IMG/VR virus record: IMGVR_UViG_3300021956_000015
Location: 1-60,012 of that record
Length of the DNA stretch: 60,012 bases
Source: a virus
Taxonomy: Duplodnaviria; Caudoviricetes
Reading direction: 5' to 3' (one strand)
Below are positions 8,734 through 16,777 of this stretch, piece after piece (the first letter of the stretch is position 1; each line of letters starts with the position of its first letter). A program made the translations under genes and the position numbers. The notes beneath the pieces are model-generated. The model was given only the letters and a program-made list of their open reading frames with translations. It did not search any database and was not told the origin of the DNA.

Positions 8734-9408
8734 TTAGGGGATCGGCCCGTCGTACCGCAACGCCCGGATGGCGTCCTCAGGGGTCTTCCAATCGCTCCAC
8801 TTTGCGATGAACCCGGGGGTTTGGTCGTACTGGTAAAGCCGCCCGTCGATGACTGCCATGGTCTTGTCAGGCATGATCCCAAGGTTGGCCGCGTGGTTGT
8901 CAATCCAGGTCCAGCCCCTCGCCCGCAGGTTGTCGGATAAATCCTGGGCCCTGTCCCACCAGAATGCCGTGCGCGGGTTGTCCTTGAACTCGTCAAGCAC
9001 CGCGGCTGCGCGAGGCTGCACGCCGTACTTCACTGGACCCTCAGAGCCGTTGATCCAGTACGGAGCGACCCCAGGGACGTCAGGCAAGTCAAATGGCTCA
9101 ACGGTATCCGATTCATGCAATGGCGCGGCCAGCTTGAGCACGTGCCTGTCAGGACCTCCAGCCGCTGGGCGGACGTCGAACACCAGGCTCGTTCCGCCAG
9201 CGCCAACGGGACCGTCATGGACATACAGGCCGTGATCGCTGATAGCATCCTGGACCCTGCGAAGGGCGTCCTCGGCCTCAGGGCGCAGGAGCGATCTGAT
9301 GCGTGCGGAAGCAGCTTGTCCCTCGCCAAGGCCTATGCCAGTGCGAGGGATTGATGCCGTCGCCATGGCGGCGCGGATGCGAGCGAGGAGCGGGGACATG
9401 TCTGCCAT
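8734..9408 (-). CDS. Protein kinase-like enzyme
   Basis: Gly loop VGAGGTSLVF, VLKL lysine, catalytic DNHAAN, VIDG. Confidence 0.75.
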   Translation of the reverse strand: MADMSPLLARIRAAMATASIPRTGIGLGEGQAASARIRSLLRPEAEDALRRVQDAISDHGLYVHDGPVGAGGTSLVFDVRPAAGGPDRHVLKLAAPLHESDTVEPFDLPDVPGVAPYWINGSEGPVKYGVQPRAAAVLDEFKDNPRTAFWWDRAQDLSDNLRARGWTWIDNHAANLGIMPDKTMAVIDGRLYQYDQTPGFIAKWSDWKTPEDAIRALRYDGPIP

Positions 9409-9628
9409 GCAGACAAGTGCCCGCCAGCTGCGGTGAGAAACTCTGGTGTGGTTTTCTTACGGCCATAACCACGCGGCGCTAGAAGGTTACGAGACTCCGG
9501 GACGGCGACCACGGTGGGGAAAACCACGGGAAACTAGGGTTTTTTGAAAAGTCCAGGGAGGGATATGACAAACAACCTCATAATCTCCGGGGGGGGAAGG
9601 GGGTGGTCCCCTTCCTCCCTCCATCGGT

Positions 9629-9657
9629 CGCAACCCCAAGCCGGGCAGCGGGTTACG
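9629..9657. promoter_or_regulatory. 29-bp imperfect palindrome, left border of GC-rich island
   Basis: CGCAAC-N17-GTTACG; same geometry as 12345-12373. Confidence 0.4.
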
Positions 9658-9774
9658 CGTTCGGCGGGGCTTGACGCGGCGAAGCCGGGTCGCCATGGCA
9701 TGGCCATGGGCAGCCGCAGCCGGGCCGGGCCGGTGGCGGTGCATTGCCCCCGCCTCCCCGCCTGCTAGCTGGAC

Positions 9775-9945
9775 TCACCGCCCGCGTGCGTCGTCTACCT
9801 TCGCAAGGGCTGCGGCCAGTGCGGGCCGCATGGCGTCCGCCCGGGCGGCGTCGCCCCCCGCGGCCTCCACGGCTGCGGCGTGTTGCATGGCCAGTGCCAC
9901 GCGGACGGCGAGCAACTCGGCGGCGGTCAGTTCAAGCGTGGGCAT
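9775..9945 (-). CDS. Small helical protein, paralog family member 1
   Basis: 56 aa MPTLELTAAELLAVRVAL..., GGAGG RBS; below the ORF-track cutoff. Confidence 0.65.
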   Translation of the reverse strand: MPTLELTAAELLAVRVALAMQHAAAVEAAGGDAARADAMRPALAAALAKVDDARGR

Positions 9946-10277
9946 GGGTCCCCTCCGGTGTCGTCCAGGTGGCGCGTGTCATGTCTTCGACCTGGCCGCG
10001 GGCCGGTCGGTGTACGGTGCCCGGGCCGGCGGCAGCGTGGCCTACGCTGTCGGCTAGCCCCGCCCGGGGGTGCGTCCGTCGGCTGGCGGGAGTCCCCGTC
10101 AGCCGCTGGTCATGGTGTACGGTGACCGGCGGGCACGTTCCCCGCCGGGCGTCCCCTGAGGCCGGGCACCGGCGAGTGCCGGGTCGGCTGCGACGGCGGG
10201 GGGCGTCGCGGTTGGTTCGTCCCCCGGGCTGCGGGCGGGTCGCCTGGCTGGCGCTCGCTCGCCCGCTGCCCGGTCTG

Positions 10278-10469
10278 CTAGGCCTGCTGGGCGGCGCGGG
10301 CCGCCTTGATGGCCTGCACCGCCTCCCGTAGGGTGCGCTGCTCTTCGCGGGCCGATGCCCGGACGTAGCCCAACTCGCTCTTGAGGTCTTCGGCCACCTC
10401 CACCAACCTCCGAAACAGGGCGGCGTGGGTGATGCTCAACTGCGCGGCGGTCATGGTAACGGTGATCAT
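10278..10469 (-). CDS. Small helical protein, paralog family member 2
   Basis: 63 aa MITVTMTAAQL...AAQQA, AGGAG RBS. Confidence 0.75.
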   Translation of the reverse strand: MITVTMTAAQLSITHAALFRRLVEVAEDLKSELGYVRASAREEQRTLREAVQAIKAARAAQQA

Positions 10470-10500
10470 GGCTGGGGCTCCTGTGGTGATTGGCGGTCTG

Positions 10501-10692
10501 CTAGGCCTGCTGCGCTGCGAGGGCCTCGGCGAGCAACGCGGCGGCCTGCCGCGTGATGACGTAGGCCTCCCGGGCGGCCTGCCGGGCATCCTCGTCTGCG
10601 CTGGTGAGTTCCGGCCGGAGATACTGCAGGCGGCTCAGCAAGGCGACGCGTGCGGCGGCCACGTGTTCGGCGGTCATGGTCAAGGTGATCAT
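10501..10692 (-). CDS. Small helical protein, paralog family member 3
   Basis: 63 aa MITLTMTAEHV...AAQQA. Confidence 0.75.
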   Translation of the reverse strand: MITLTMTAEHVAAARVALLSRLQYLRPELTSADEDARQAAREAYVITRQAAALLAEALAAQQA

Positions 10693-10882
10693 GGGTCGGC
10701 TTCTGTGTTGGTGTACGGTGCCCCCGGGGGCGGCTGCGCTGCCTGCCCCCCGGGGGTGATGCGGCGACCGCCTCCGGTGGCGGTGCCGCTGGTGCCTGAC
10801 GGGCTGCGGGGTTGCCGCCGTCGCGGTCCCCGTGCCCGTTGCCCCGGCTGGGGCATCGCCCGCTAGGGGCTGTGGCGTTGGT

Positions 10883-11500
10883 CTACTCGCCCCGGGCCTC
10901 GCGGAGTTGCTCCCGGTAGGCGTCAAGGTCTTCCCCGGTCCGCCAGGTGGGCGGCACGCTGCGGTGGGTCCGCTCCAGCGTCCGGGCCGCGTTGGGGTCC
11001 ACGTACAGGTGAAGCCCCCGCACCCCCGCCACGGGCGGCGGCGTGGCCGGGCCGCTGCCGTAGACGCTCGGAGCGTGCCCGGGCTCGGCGAGGGCCCCGG
11101 GGCCGATGCCGTTCGCGGCGTGGACCCGGTCCACGGGGACGCGGAACCGCTCGGCCTGTTCGGCCATGTCCGCCGGGCTGGGGCTGTGCATGTTGCCCCG
11201 GTCCATCACCGGACGGACCATGTCCTGCTTCCGGTCGCGGGCCCTCTTGGCCTCCGGGTCGAACATGGCCCAACCATGCTTCCGGGCCGCCTTCCTCAGG
11301 ATCAGGGCCGCATGCTTGACGCTCTCCGGCTGCGTCTTCCAGCGGATGGACATGATCCGCAGGATCACCTCGGACGCGACGTCTTCGGCCGTGCTGGCGC
11401 TGGCCATGGTGACATGGTCATAGCCGTCTCGCCTCGCTGACGCGGTGATCATGCGGTGGGCGTCGGACCATTCGTCGGGGGTGGCGTTGGGGAAGTTCAT
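10883..11500 (-). CDS. Hypothetical protein with sigma-70 region-2-like N-terminal part
   Basis: AEDVASEVILRI resembles ECF sigma region 2; AGGAG RBS; own promoter. Confidence 0.5.
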   Translation of the reverse strand: MNFPNATPDEWSDAHRMITASARRDGYDHVTMASASTAEDVASEVILRIMSIRWKTQPESVKHAALILRKAARKHGWAMFDPEAKRARDRKQDMVRPVMDRGNMHSPSPADMAEQAERFRVPVDRVHAANGIGPGALAEPGHAPSVYGSGPATPPPVAGVRGLHLYVDPNAARTLERTHRSVPPTWRTGEDLDAYREQLREARGE

Positions 11501-11548
11501 CGAATCGGCTCCTAGTGTGATGCTGCGGTGACAGCCGCAGCGTGAGTG

Positions 11549-11577
11549 ATTGTAACGGCGGGGCGTGGCGTTGTCAA
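11549..11577 (-). promoter_or_regulatory. Near-consensus sigma-70 promoter
   Basis: TTGACA-17 bp-TACAAT on the minus strand upstream of 11500. Confidence 0.85.
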
Positions 11578-11602
11578 GTGGTTGTAACTCCCGGGTGTAA
11601 CG

Positions 11603-11824
11603 CTAAACCCGCCGCCACTGCCACGCGTGGACGATCCGCCCGGCATCATCGCGGAGCGTGGCCCGCATGGTCGCATCATGCCTCCACCCGGGTTCGGTGG
11701 CCTGCCAGACGGAGCGGGCGTAGGCGAGGGCGGCGGGCACGTTGGGCTGACGGCTTGCCCTGTAGCCGGTGACGATGCCCCGGCGGGCGGTGCGGTGTTC
11801 CAGTTGGAGTTCTACGGTGAACAT
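11603..11824 (-). CDS. Hypothetical protein
   Basis: 73 aa MFTVELQLEH..., AGGAG RBS. Confidence 0.65.
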   Translation of the reverse strand: MFTVELQLEHRTARRGIVTGYRASRQPNVPAALAYARSVWQATEPGWRHDATMRATLRDDAGRIVHAWQWRRV

Positions 11825-11910
11825 GGGGACGACTCCTAGGGTGAGGGACTGAGGCTCGCAGCCGCCCCCGGCCGTGGGCACCGGGGGCGGTTCGCGAGGC
11901 TCAGGCCGCA

Positions 11911-12186
11911 CTAGGCCTGCTTCACGGCGAGCCGGTCGGCGTTGGCGACGATGAAGGCCTTCAGGCCCTCCACGTTCGCGGGGTCCAGCAGCCGCTCCCA
12001 CTGCGAGCGGTAGAGGGTCTGCGGGAACCTGCCGAGGCCGTAGACGCTCACGGCACCCTTTTCGGACACCTTGAACGAGATACGGCTGCCGCTGGCCTGC
12101 GAGGCCTTGAGGGCGGCCAGTTCGGCCCGGAGGGCGGCCAGTTCGGCGGCGGCGGCGTTGTCGGCGGCGGGGGTCGGCTTGGGCAT
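11911..12186 (-). CDS. Conserved hypothetical protein
   Basis: Coiled-coil start plus KVSEKGAVSVYGLGRFP-TLY--QW motif; AGGAG RBS. Confidence 0.8.
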   Translation of the reverse strand: MPKPTPAADNAAAAELAALRAELAALKASQASGSRISFKVSEKGAVSVYGLGRFPQTLYRSQWERLLDPANVEGLKAFIVANADRLAVKQA

Positions 12187-12344
12187 GGGATCGGCTCCTG
12201 AGTGGTGGCGGTTGCGGTGCTGCGGAGTGCCTCACCGGCCGCCATCCTTCTCTGCGACTCCGAACCTTTCTTTTTCGTAAGGCGCGAAGTCGCATATATG
12301 GATGCGGTCGCGATTCGACCGCGGCGGCGGCAGCGTCCACGTGA

Positions 12345-12373
12345 CGCAAACTCTTGTCCCGCCAGTACTTACG
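12345..12373. promoter_or_regulatory. 29-bp imperfect palindrome, right border of GC-rich island
   Basis: CGCAAA-N17-CTTACG. Confidence 0.4.
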
Positions 12374-12481
12374 CCCGGACCTCTGCCGGGCGTGGCACCC
12401 GTACCCCCCCGCCGGGGGACACCACGTAGCCCCCTCCCATGGGGTGCGTGGCCGGTGCGGACAGCACAAGGAGTTACATCC

Positions 12482-13366
12482 ATGGCTTACAAGGTTGCGA
12501 CAATCCTCCAGCCTGGCGAGAGCAATGCGAAGGTGTCACACCATGGCACGGAGTACAAGGTGTTCACCATATCCCTTGCCTCGTCTGACTCTTCTGGACA
12601 CAACGTCTGCCCACGGGCACTGCGACGCTCTGTCCTGCAGGGCATGCTGGACAAGGGGATGGACATGCAGGAGATCGGCCAGTGGGCCAACAAGCGTGGC
12701 CTGTCCGTCTGCTCTGGCCCCTGTGTCACGTGGGAGGCTGGGCATGGAAGAACGGACTATGTCAGGGATGCCCGTATCAACCTGACCAACTGGCTGTACG
12801 AGAACCCACGTGGTTTCAAGGCTGCTCTGCTGAGGCAGATGTACGGTCTGACCAAGTACCACACCGGGCAGCAGATTGCCTGCCGGGCTGACCTGGACTC
12901 CGACGTCAAGTGGGAGAAGCTCATCCCGGAGATGTTCGACTACCCATGGCAGTTCTGGGACTACACCAAGCTGTCCGAGCGGCTGGGCAACGTCCCTGCC
13001 AACTACCACCTGACCTACTCGTACAACGACGGCACGCTCGCCAAGGACTGGGAGCGTGTGTACCGCACCGGGTCGAACATCGCCGTGGTGTTCGACTCCA
13101 TGTGGAACCCGTGGGGTAGCAGGTTTGGCTACCTGCCGGCCACGTGGACTGACCCCAATGGGAAGGTCTGGCGTGTTGTTGACGGGGATCGGCAGGAACT
13201 TCGGTTCCTTGACCAGCGTGATGTCTGCGTCGGCCTTAGGCTCAAGGGCGACGAGGACAAGCGAGAGGATGCCTGCGAGGCTGAGTTTGCCGTGCCGTCC
13301 GGCCGTGACGGTGTTGGGGATGTCCATCCTGCGGACGCCCCTGAGAACTACTACCTTCTGGCTTAG
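12482..13366 (+). CDS. GP88-family protein
   Basis: NVCP..C---C, SD--W, FWDYTK, NYHLTYS, AVVF, DGD--ELRFLD, VGLRLKG; AAGGAG RBS before ATG 12482. Confidence 0.8.
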   Translation: MAYKVATILQPGESNAKVSHHGTEYKVFTISLASSDSSGHNVCPRALRRSVLQGMLDKGMDMQEIGQWANKRGLSVCSGPCVTWEAGHGRTDYVRDARINLTNWLYENPRGFKAALLRQMYGLTKYHTGQQIACRADLDSDVKWEKLIPEMFDYPWQFWDYTKLSERLGNVPANYHLTYSYNDGTLAKDWERVYRTGSNIAVVFDSMWNPWGSRFGYLPATWTDPNGKVWRVVDGDRQELRFLDQRDVCVGLRLKGDEDKREDACEAEFAVPSGRDGVGDVHPADAPENYYLLA

Positions 13367-13374
13367 GAGTAACC

Positions 13375-13740
13375 ATGCACAAGGAAATCGCTGAACAGTG
13401 GGTCGCTGCCCTTCGGTCCGGTGAGTACCAGCAGGGGCGTGGGGCGTTGCATGACGGAGACACCTTCTGCTGCCTTGGAGTGCTTTGCGATCTGTTTCCG
13501 GGCAGGCAGTGGTCGCGGACGTCCAAAAACGCCAAGCATCTGTGCAGCGCTGGCGAATGCTCCGACTATTCCGTGCTGCCGGAGTCTGTTCGCAAGTGGG
13601 CCGGCATCTGCGACTCCAGCCCTCCGGGCACAGAGACAGACTCGCTTGCTGAACTGAACGACGGAGAAGGGCTCAGTGGCGGCCAGTGGACGTTTCACCA
13701 GATCGCAGACCTGATCGAAGAGAAATGGGAGGACCTGTGA
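13375..13740 (+). CDS. Conserved phage hypothetical protein
   Basis: WVAALRSGEYQQG..FCCLGVLCDL..LNDG..F-QIADLIE. Confidence 0.85.
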   Translation: MHKEIAEQWVAALRSGEYQQGRGALHDGDTFCCLGVLCDLFPGRQWSRTSKNAKHLCSAGECSDYSVLPESVRKWAGICDSSPPGTETDSLAELNDGEGLSGGQWTFHQIADLIEEKWEDL

Positions 13741-13961
13741 GATACAGCGTTCGCATCGCACCGCAGTACGAGGTCCGGTTCATCCGGCCACACCAAGTTC
13801 ACTACGTCAGCATCTGCTGGCACGCATCCCGTGGCTACGGCAGCAGCAGGCATGAGCGGCTGATGTACGTGGTCCGACAGTTCGTCCGTCGGTTCCCGGA
13901 GTTTGAGGGCCGTGCCACGGCCGTCTACAAGGACGTCACCTGCCTTCTGGAGAACGCATGA
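13737..13961 (+). CDS. Hypothetical protein
   Basis: GTG start overlapping the upstream stop; GGAGG RBS. Confidence 0.65.
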   Translation: MRYSVRIAPQYEVRFIRPHQVHYVSICWHASRGYGSSRHERLMYVVRQFVRRFPEFEGRATAVYKDVTCLLENA

Positions 13962-14431
13962 CCGCAGTCAAGAACTTCGCCGACCTGATCGCTGAGAAGG
14001 GCATCACCATCGAATCGGATTACGTCCTCCCCGGCCCAGGCATCTCGGAACTCCAGTGGAAAATCAACGTGCTTGTCGATGGCGACAAGGTTCACTCCTG
14101 CACCTACACCGCGGGCATCGCCCACGCTCCCAGTTACCCAGCCATGGTGGCGTATGACGAGAGCCAGACGGGCCTGTGCCTGAAGCGCGGCAAGGGCTAC
14201 CGACAGCCGCTGAAGCCAGACATTGAGAGCGTAATCGGCTCTCTCTGTCTGGACGCATCGGCCATCGACTATGCCTGCTTTGAGGACTGGGCCCGGGAGT
14301 TCGGCTTCGACACCGACAGCCGGGCAGCGGAGAAGTCCTACCGGCAGTGCATCGACACGGCGTTGCGTCTCCGGGCAGCGCTGGGCAGCAAGGCGTTTGA
14401 GGAACTGCAAGACCATGCGAGGGCGCTGTGA
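13958..14431 (+). CDS. Conserved hypothetical protein
   Basis: P....V--SL-LDA..FEDWAREFGFDTDSR-A--Y--C motif. Confidence 0.8.
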   Translation: MTAVKNFADLIAEKGITIESDYVLPGPGISELQWKINVLVDGDKVHSCTYTAGIAHAPSYPAMVAYDESQTGLCLKRGKGYRQPLKPDIESVIGSLCLDASAIDYACFEDWAREFGFDTDSRAAEKSYRQCIDTALRLRAALGSKAFEELQDHARAL

Positions 14432-15063
14432 GCGTCACGCACCAACCCACCACCCCTGAGGAACCCATGAGACTCCCCGCCGCCATCGCACAACTCGTCA
14501 AGTGGACAGAGCCCGGCTCCACCCGCTACCCCCTGTCCGGAGTTCGCATCGGCCGCTCGTCCGGCAAGTGCTTCGCCGAGGCCACCGACGGCAGGCGTCT
14601 GGCCCTGCTGGAGTGGGAAGACAAGGGCGGCGCCGTGGACTGCATCGCCGACGGGAGGCCGCTCGCCAAGGCCATCCGGGCAGCTGGCCGCAACAAGCCG
14701 TCCAGCATTGACATGCTTGGCGTGGACAGCGCGGTGGTCAACGGCGAGAACGTGCCCCTGATCCCAGGACAGTGGCCGCAGAGCGAGGACCTGTTCGCCG
14801 AGGAACGCATCGGCCAGCAGACGGCCTCGTTCTCCGCCCAGCAACTGCGTGATCTGGCCAAGCGTACGCCGGTCAAGATCGGCGAGGCGACGGTCCTGCT
14901 GAACGTGAAGTATCTGGAGGACCTGGCCGACGCCATGGACGCGGCCGACGCTCCGGTCGCCACGTTCAAGGCGAGCGATGCCCAGAGCCAGGTGCTGGCG
15001 GAGTGCGTGTCGCAGCGTGGCACCAACCTGACAGCGGTCATCATGCCGATGGCGGCTGACTGA
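14428..15063 (+). CDS. DNA polymerase III beta-clamp-like protein (partial)
   Basis: TRYPLSGV, ATDGRRLA, N-KYL-D, VIMPM resemble DnaN central and C-terminal motifs; start may be ATG 14467. Confidence 0.65.
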   Translation: MSVTHQPTTPEEPMRLPAAIAQLVKWTEPGSTRYPLSGVRIGRSSGKCFAEATDGRRLALLEWEDKGGAVDCIADGRPLAKAIRAAGRNKPSSIDMLGVDSAVVNGENVPLIPGQWPQSEDLFAEERIGQQTASFSAQQLRDLAKRTPVKIGEATVLLNVKYLEDLADAMDAADAPVATFKASDAQSQVLAECVSQRGTNLTAVIMPMAAD

Positions 15064-15112
15064 CCGCGTGGTAGACTGAGTGTGGGCAGCGGCTTCGGCC
15101 GCTCCTAGTGGG

Positions 15113-15157
15113 CCCCTGCCGGGGAAAAACGACATAAGTACCCGGCAGGGGTTTTTT
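15113..15157 (+). terminator. Hairpin with U tract
   Basis: cccctgccggg (15113-23) / cccggcagggg (15141-51), then T6; long loop. Confidence 0.55.
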
Positions 15158-15190
15158 CGTATCCTGTTCGATACCTATACGGAGGTACAC

Positions 15191-15415
15191 ATGGGCGACG
15201 AGATGGACAAAGACACCACCATGCCTTCGTCAGCATGGTGGCTGGTCAAGAAGGCCCTCAAGGAACTTCGCGGCCATGGCTACGCCGCCGTGATCTTCAG
15301 TCCTGAGGAACTGGATGGCTGCCCTGCAAGTGACCTGGAAGGGAGCCTTGTGGAATACGCGTGGGAAGCAATCGATTCGCTTAAGAAGTGCGCCAAGCAG
15401 GAGCCCAGCAAGTGA
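15191..15415 (+). CDS. Hypothetical protein
   Basis: GGAGGT RBS before ATG 15191. Confidence 0.75.
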   Translation: MGDEMDKDTTMPSSAWWLVKKALKELRGHGYAAVIFSPEELDGCPASDLEGSLVEYAWEAIDSLKKCAKQEPSK

Positions 15416-15681
15416 AGACCATCACCATCGGCGACGCCCGTGATCAACTCGCGGAGTTCGTCGGCAACTGCAACGACGACATGGTTGCCCTGCTGCATGC
15501 CGTGGCATTCGCGAAGACCCCGGTGGAGTACATCGACCTGTACGGTGACACCCATGAATCATGGGGGCCGTACATGTTTGCGGCCGGAGAGGACATGCAC
15601 CTGTCCAGACGGATGACGATTGAGGCGAACTGGTTTGCCGAAAAGCAGGAGGCTTACAGTGAAGACCATCGTTCACGTTAA
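15412..15681 (+). CDS. Hypothetical protein
   Basis: GTGA coupling. Confidence 0.65.
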   Translation: MKTITIGDARDQLAEFVGNCNDDMVALLHAVAFAKTPVEYIDLYGDTHESWGPYMFAAGEDMHLSRRMTIEANWFAEKQEAYSEDHRSR

Positions 15682-15880
15682 CCAACACGTGATCAAGCAC
15701 AACCAACGCACCGGGGAACGTGAGCCGGTGCTGACCGTGAAGACCTACAAGGACAACCGCTACGCACACTCCGTGCGGATAGACGGCCCTTGTGTGGTGC
15801 GATACGAGCCGGACTGCCCGCTGAACTGCGGAGCCCGTGTGTGGATCGAAACCGAAAGCCCCGTGGAGGTGGATCGATGA
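15659..15880 (+). CDS. Conserved phage hypothetical protein
   Basis: IVHVNQHVI..PVLTVK..GP..PL-CGARVWIET motif. Confidence 0.85.
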   Translation: MKTIVHVNQHVIKHNQRTGEREPVLTVKTYKDNRYAHSVRIDGPCVVRYEPDCPLNCGARVWIETESPVEVDR

Positions 15881-16116
15881 GCGGATATTACTACATCAAC
15901 GTAGACATCGTCATGCGTGACTGCCGTTCGGCTACCGACGCCGTGACGCAACTGATTCGCCTGATGCCCTGCAAGCCTGACGAGACGACGGCGTTTATGG
16001 AGTCATGGTCTGTGGAGTCCGTGTCCACTAGCGAGGCCACGCAATATGACCGCATGAGTACTTCCAGGGAGTTCGACATGGAGTCGATGCTTCACATCGC
16101 GGAGGAGAACGCCTGA
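15877..16116 (+). CDS. Hypothetical protein
   Basis: GGAGGT RBS, ATGA coupling. Confidence 0.7.
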   Translation: MSGYYYINVDIVMRDCRSATDAVTQLIRLMPCKPDETTAFMESWSVESVSTSEATQYDRMSTSREFDMESMLHIAEENA

Positions 16117-16439
16117 TGAGTCACACATCCGGACCTTGGTACACCAGCGGCAAGGCTGGGGATGCGTTCGACATCTCCACCGCCACGCCTGACGAGAACG
16201 GCGAGTGCGAGCATGTCATCGCCACGGTGTGGGCCAACCGCCCCTCTCTCCGTGACGCCGCCGACGACGCTCGCCTGATCGCTATGGCCCCGGACCTGAT
16301 GCACGTTGCCTTGCTGCTGGACTACGCGACACACCACCAAGACGGCGACTGCCTCGCCGCCGCCGTGCAGAAGGCACAGGAACTGATCACTGCCTCCGGG
16401 CAGAAGACCGCCGAGGAAGAGGAGGAGGAAGACGAGTGA
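16116..16439 (+). CDS. Phage early protein (HT-GPW / ARLIA-APDL family)
   Basis: MSHTSGPW...DARLIAMAPDL. Confidence 0.8.
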   Translation: MSHTSGPWYTSGKAGDAFDISTATPDENGECEHVIATVWANRPSLRDAADDARLIAMAPDLMHVALLLDYATHHQDGDCLAAAVQKAQELITASGQKTAEEEEEEDE

Positions 16440-16777
16440 ACAGGACCTACGTTGACAACCTGAACCCACACTCACCAGTCCGCACGTGGGAGATCAGCCC
16501 GTGCCTACGGGAGATCGATCCGCGTGGCGAGCAAGACCAGGTCGAAGCGTTCGATTCCTACGAGGAGGCGGCGCTGGAGGAGGGCGAGAACCATGACGTC
16601 TATGCCGGCCCCGTTTTCTGGGGCGTGTACATGAACATGCGGCATTCGGTCATCGCTCTCGGCGGCGTGAATCCGACGATCCACGTGCAGGACTTCCCGT
16701 CGTTTGACGATGCCCTGTCGTTCGTCACCTGCATCAATGGCGTTCCGCAGATCACCTACAGGGAGGAGGACGAGTGA
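16436..16777 (+). CDS. Hypothetical protein
   Basis: GTGA coupling with GGAGG RBS. Confidence 0.7.
   Translation: MNRTYVDNLNPHSPVRTWEISPCLREIDPRGEQDQVEAFDSYEEAALEEGENHDVYAGPVFWGVYMNMRHSVIALGGVNPTIHVQDFPSFDDALSFVTCINGVPQITYREEDE

Noticed and set aside
10009-10723. CRISPR mini-array from the repeated motifs
   Set aside because: Repeats are too short, irregularly spaced and separated by genes
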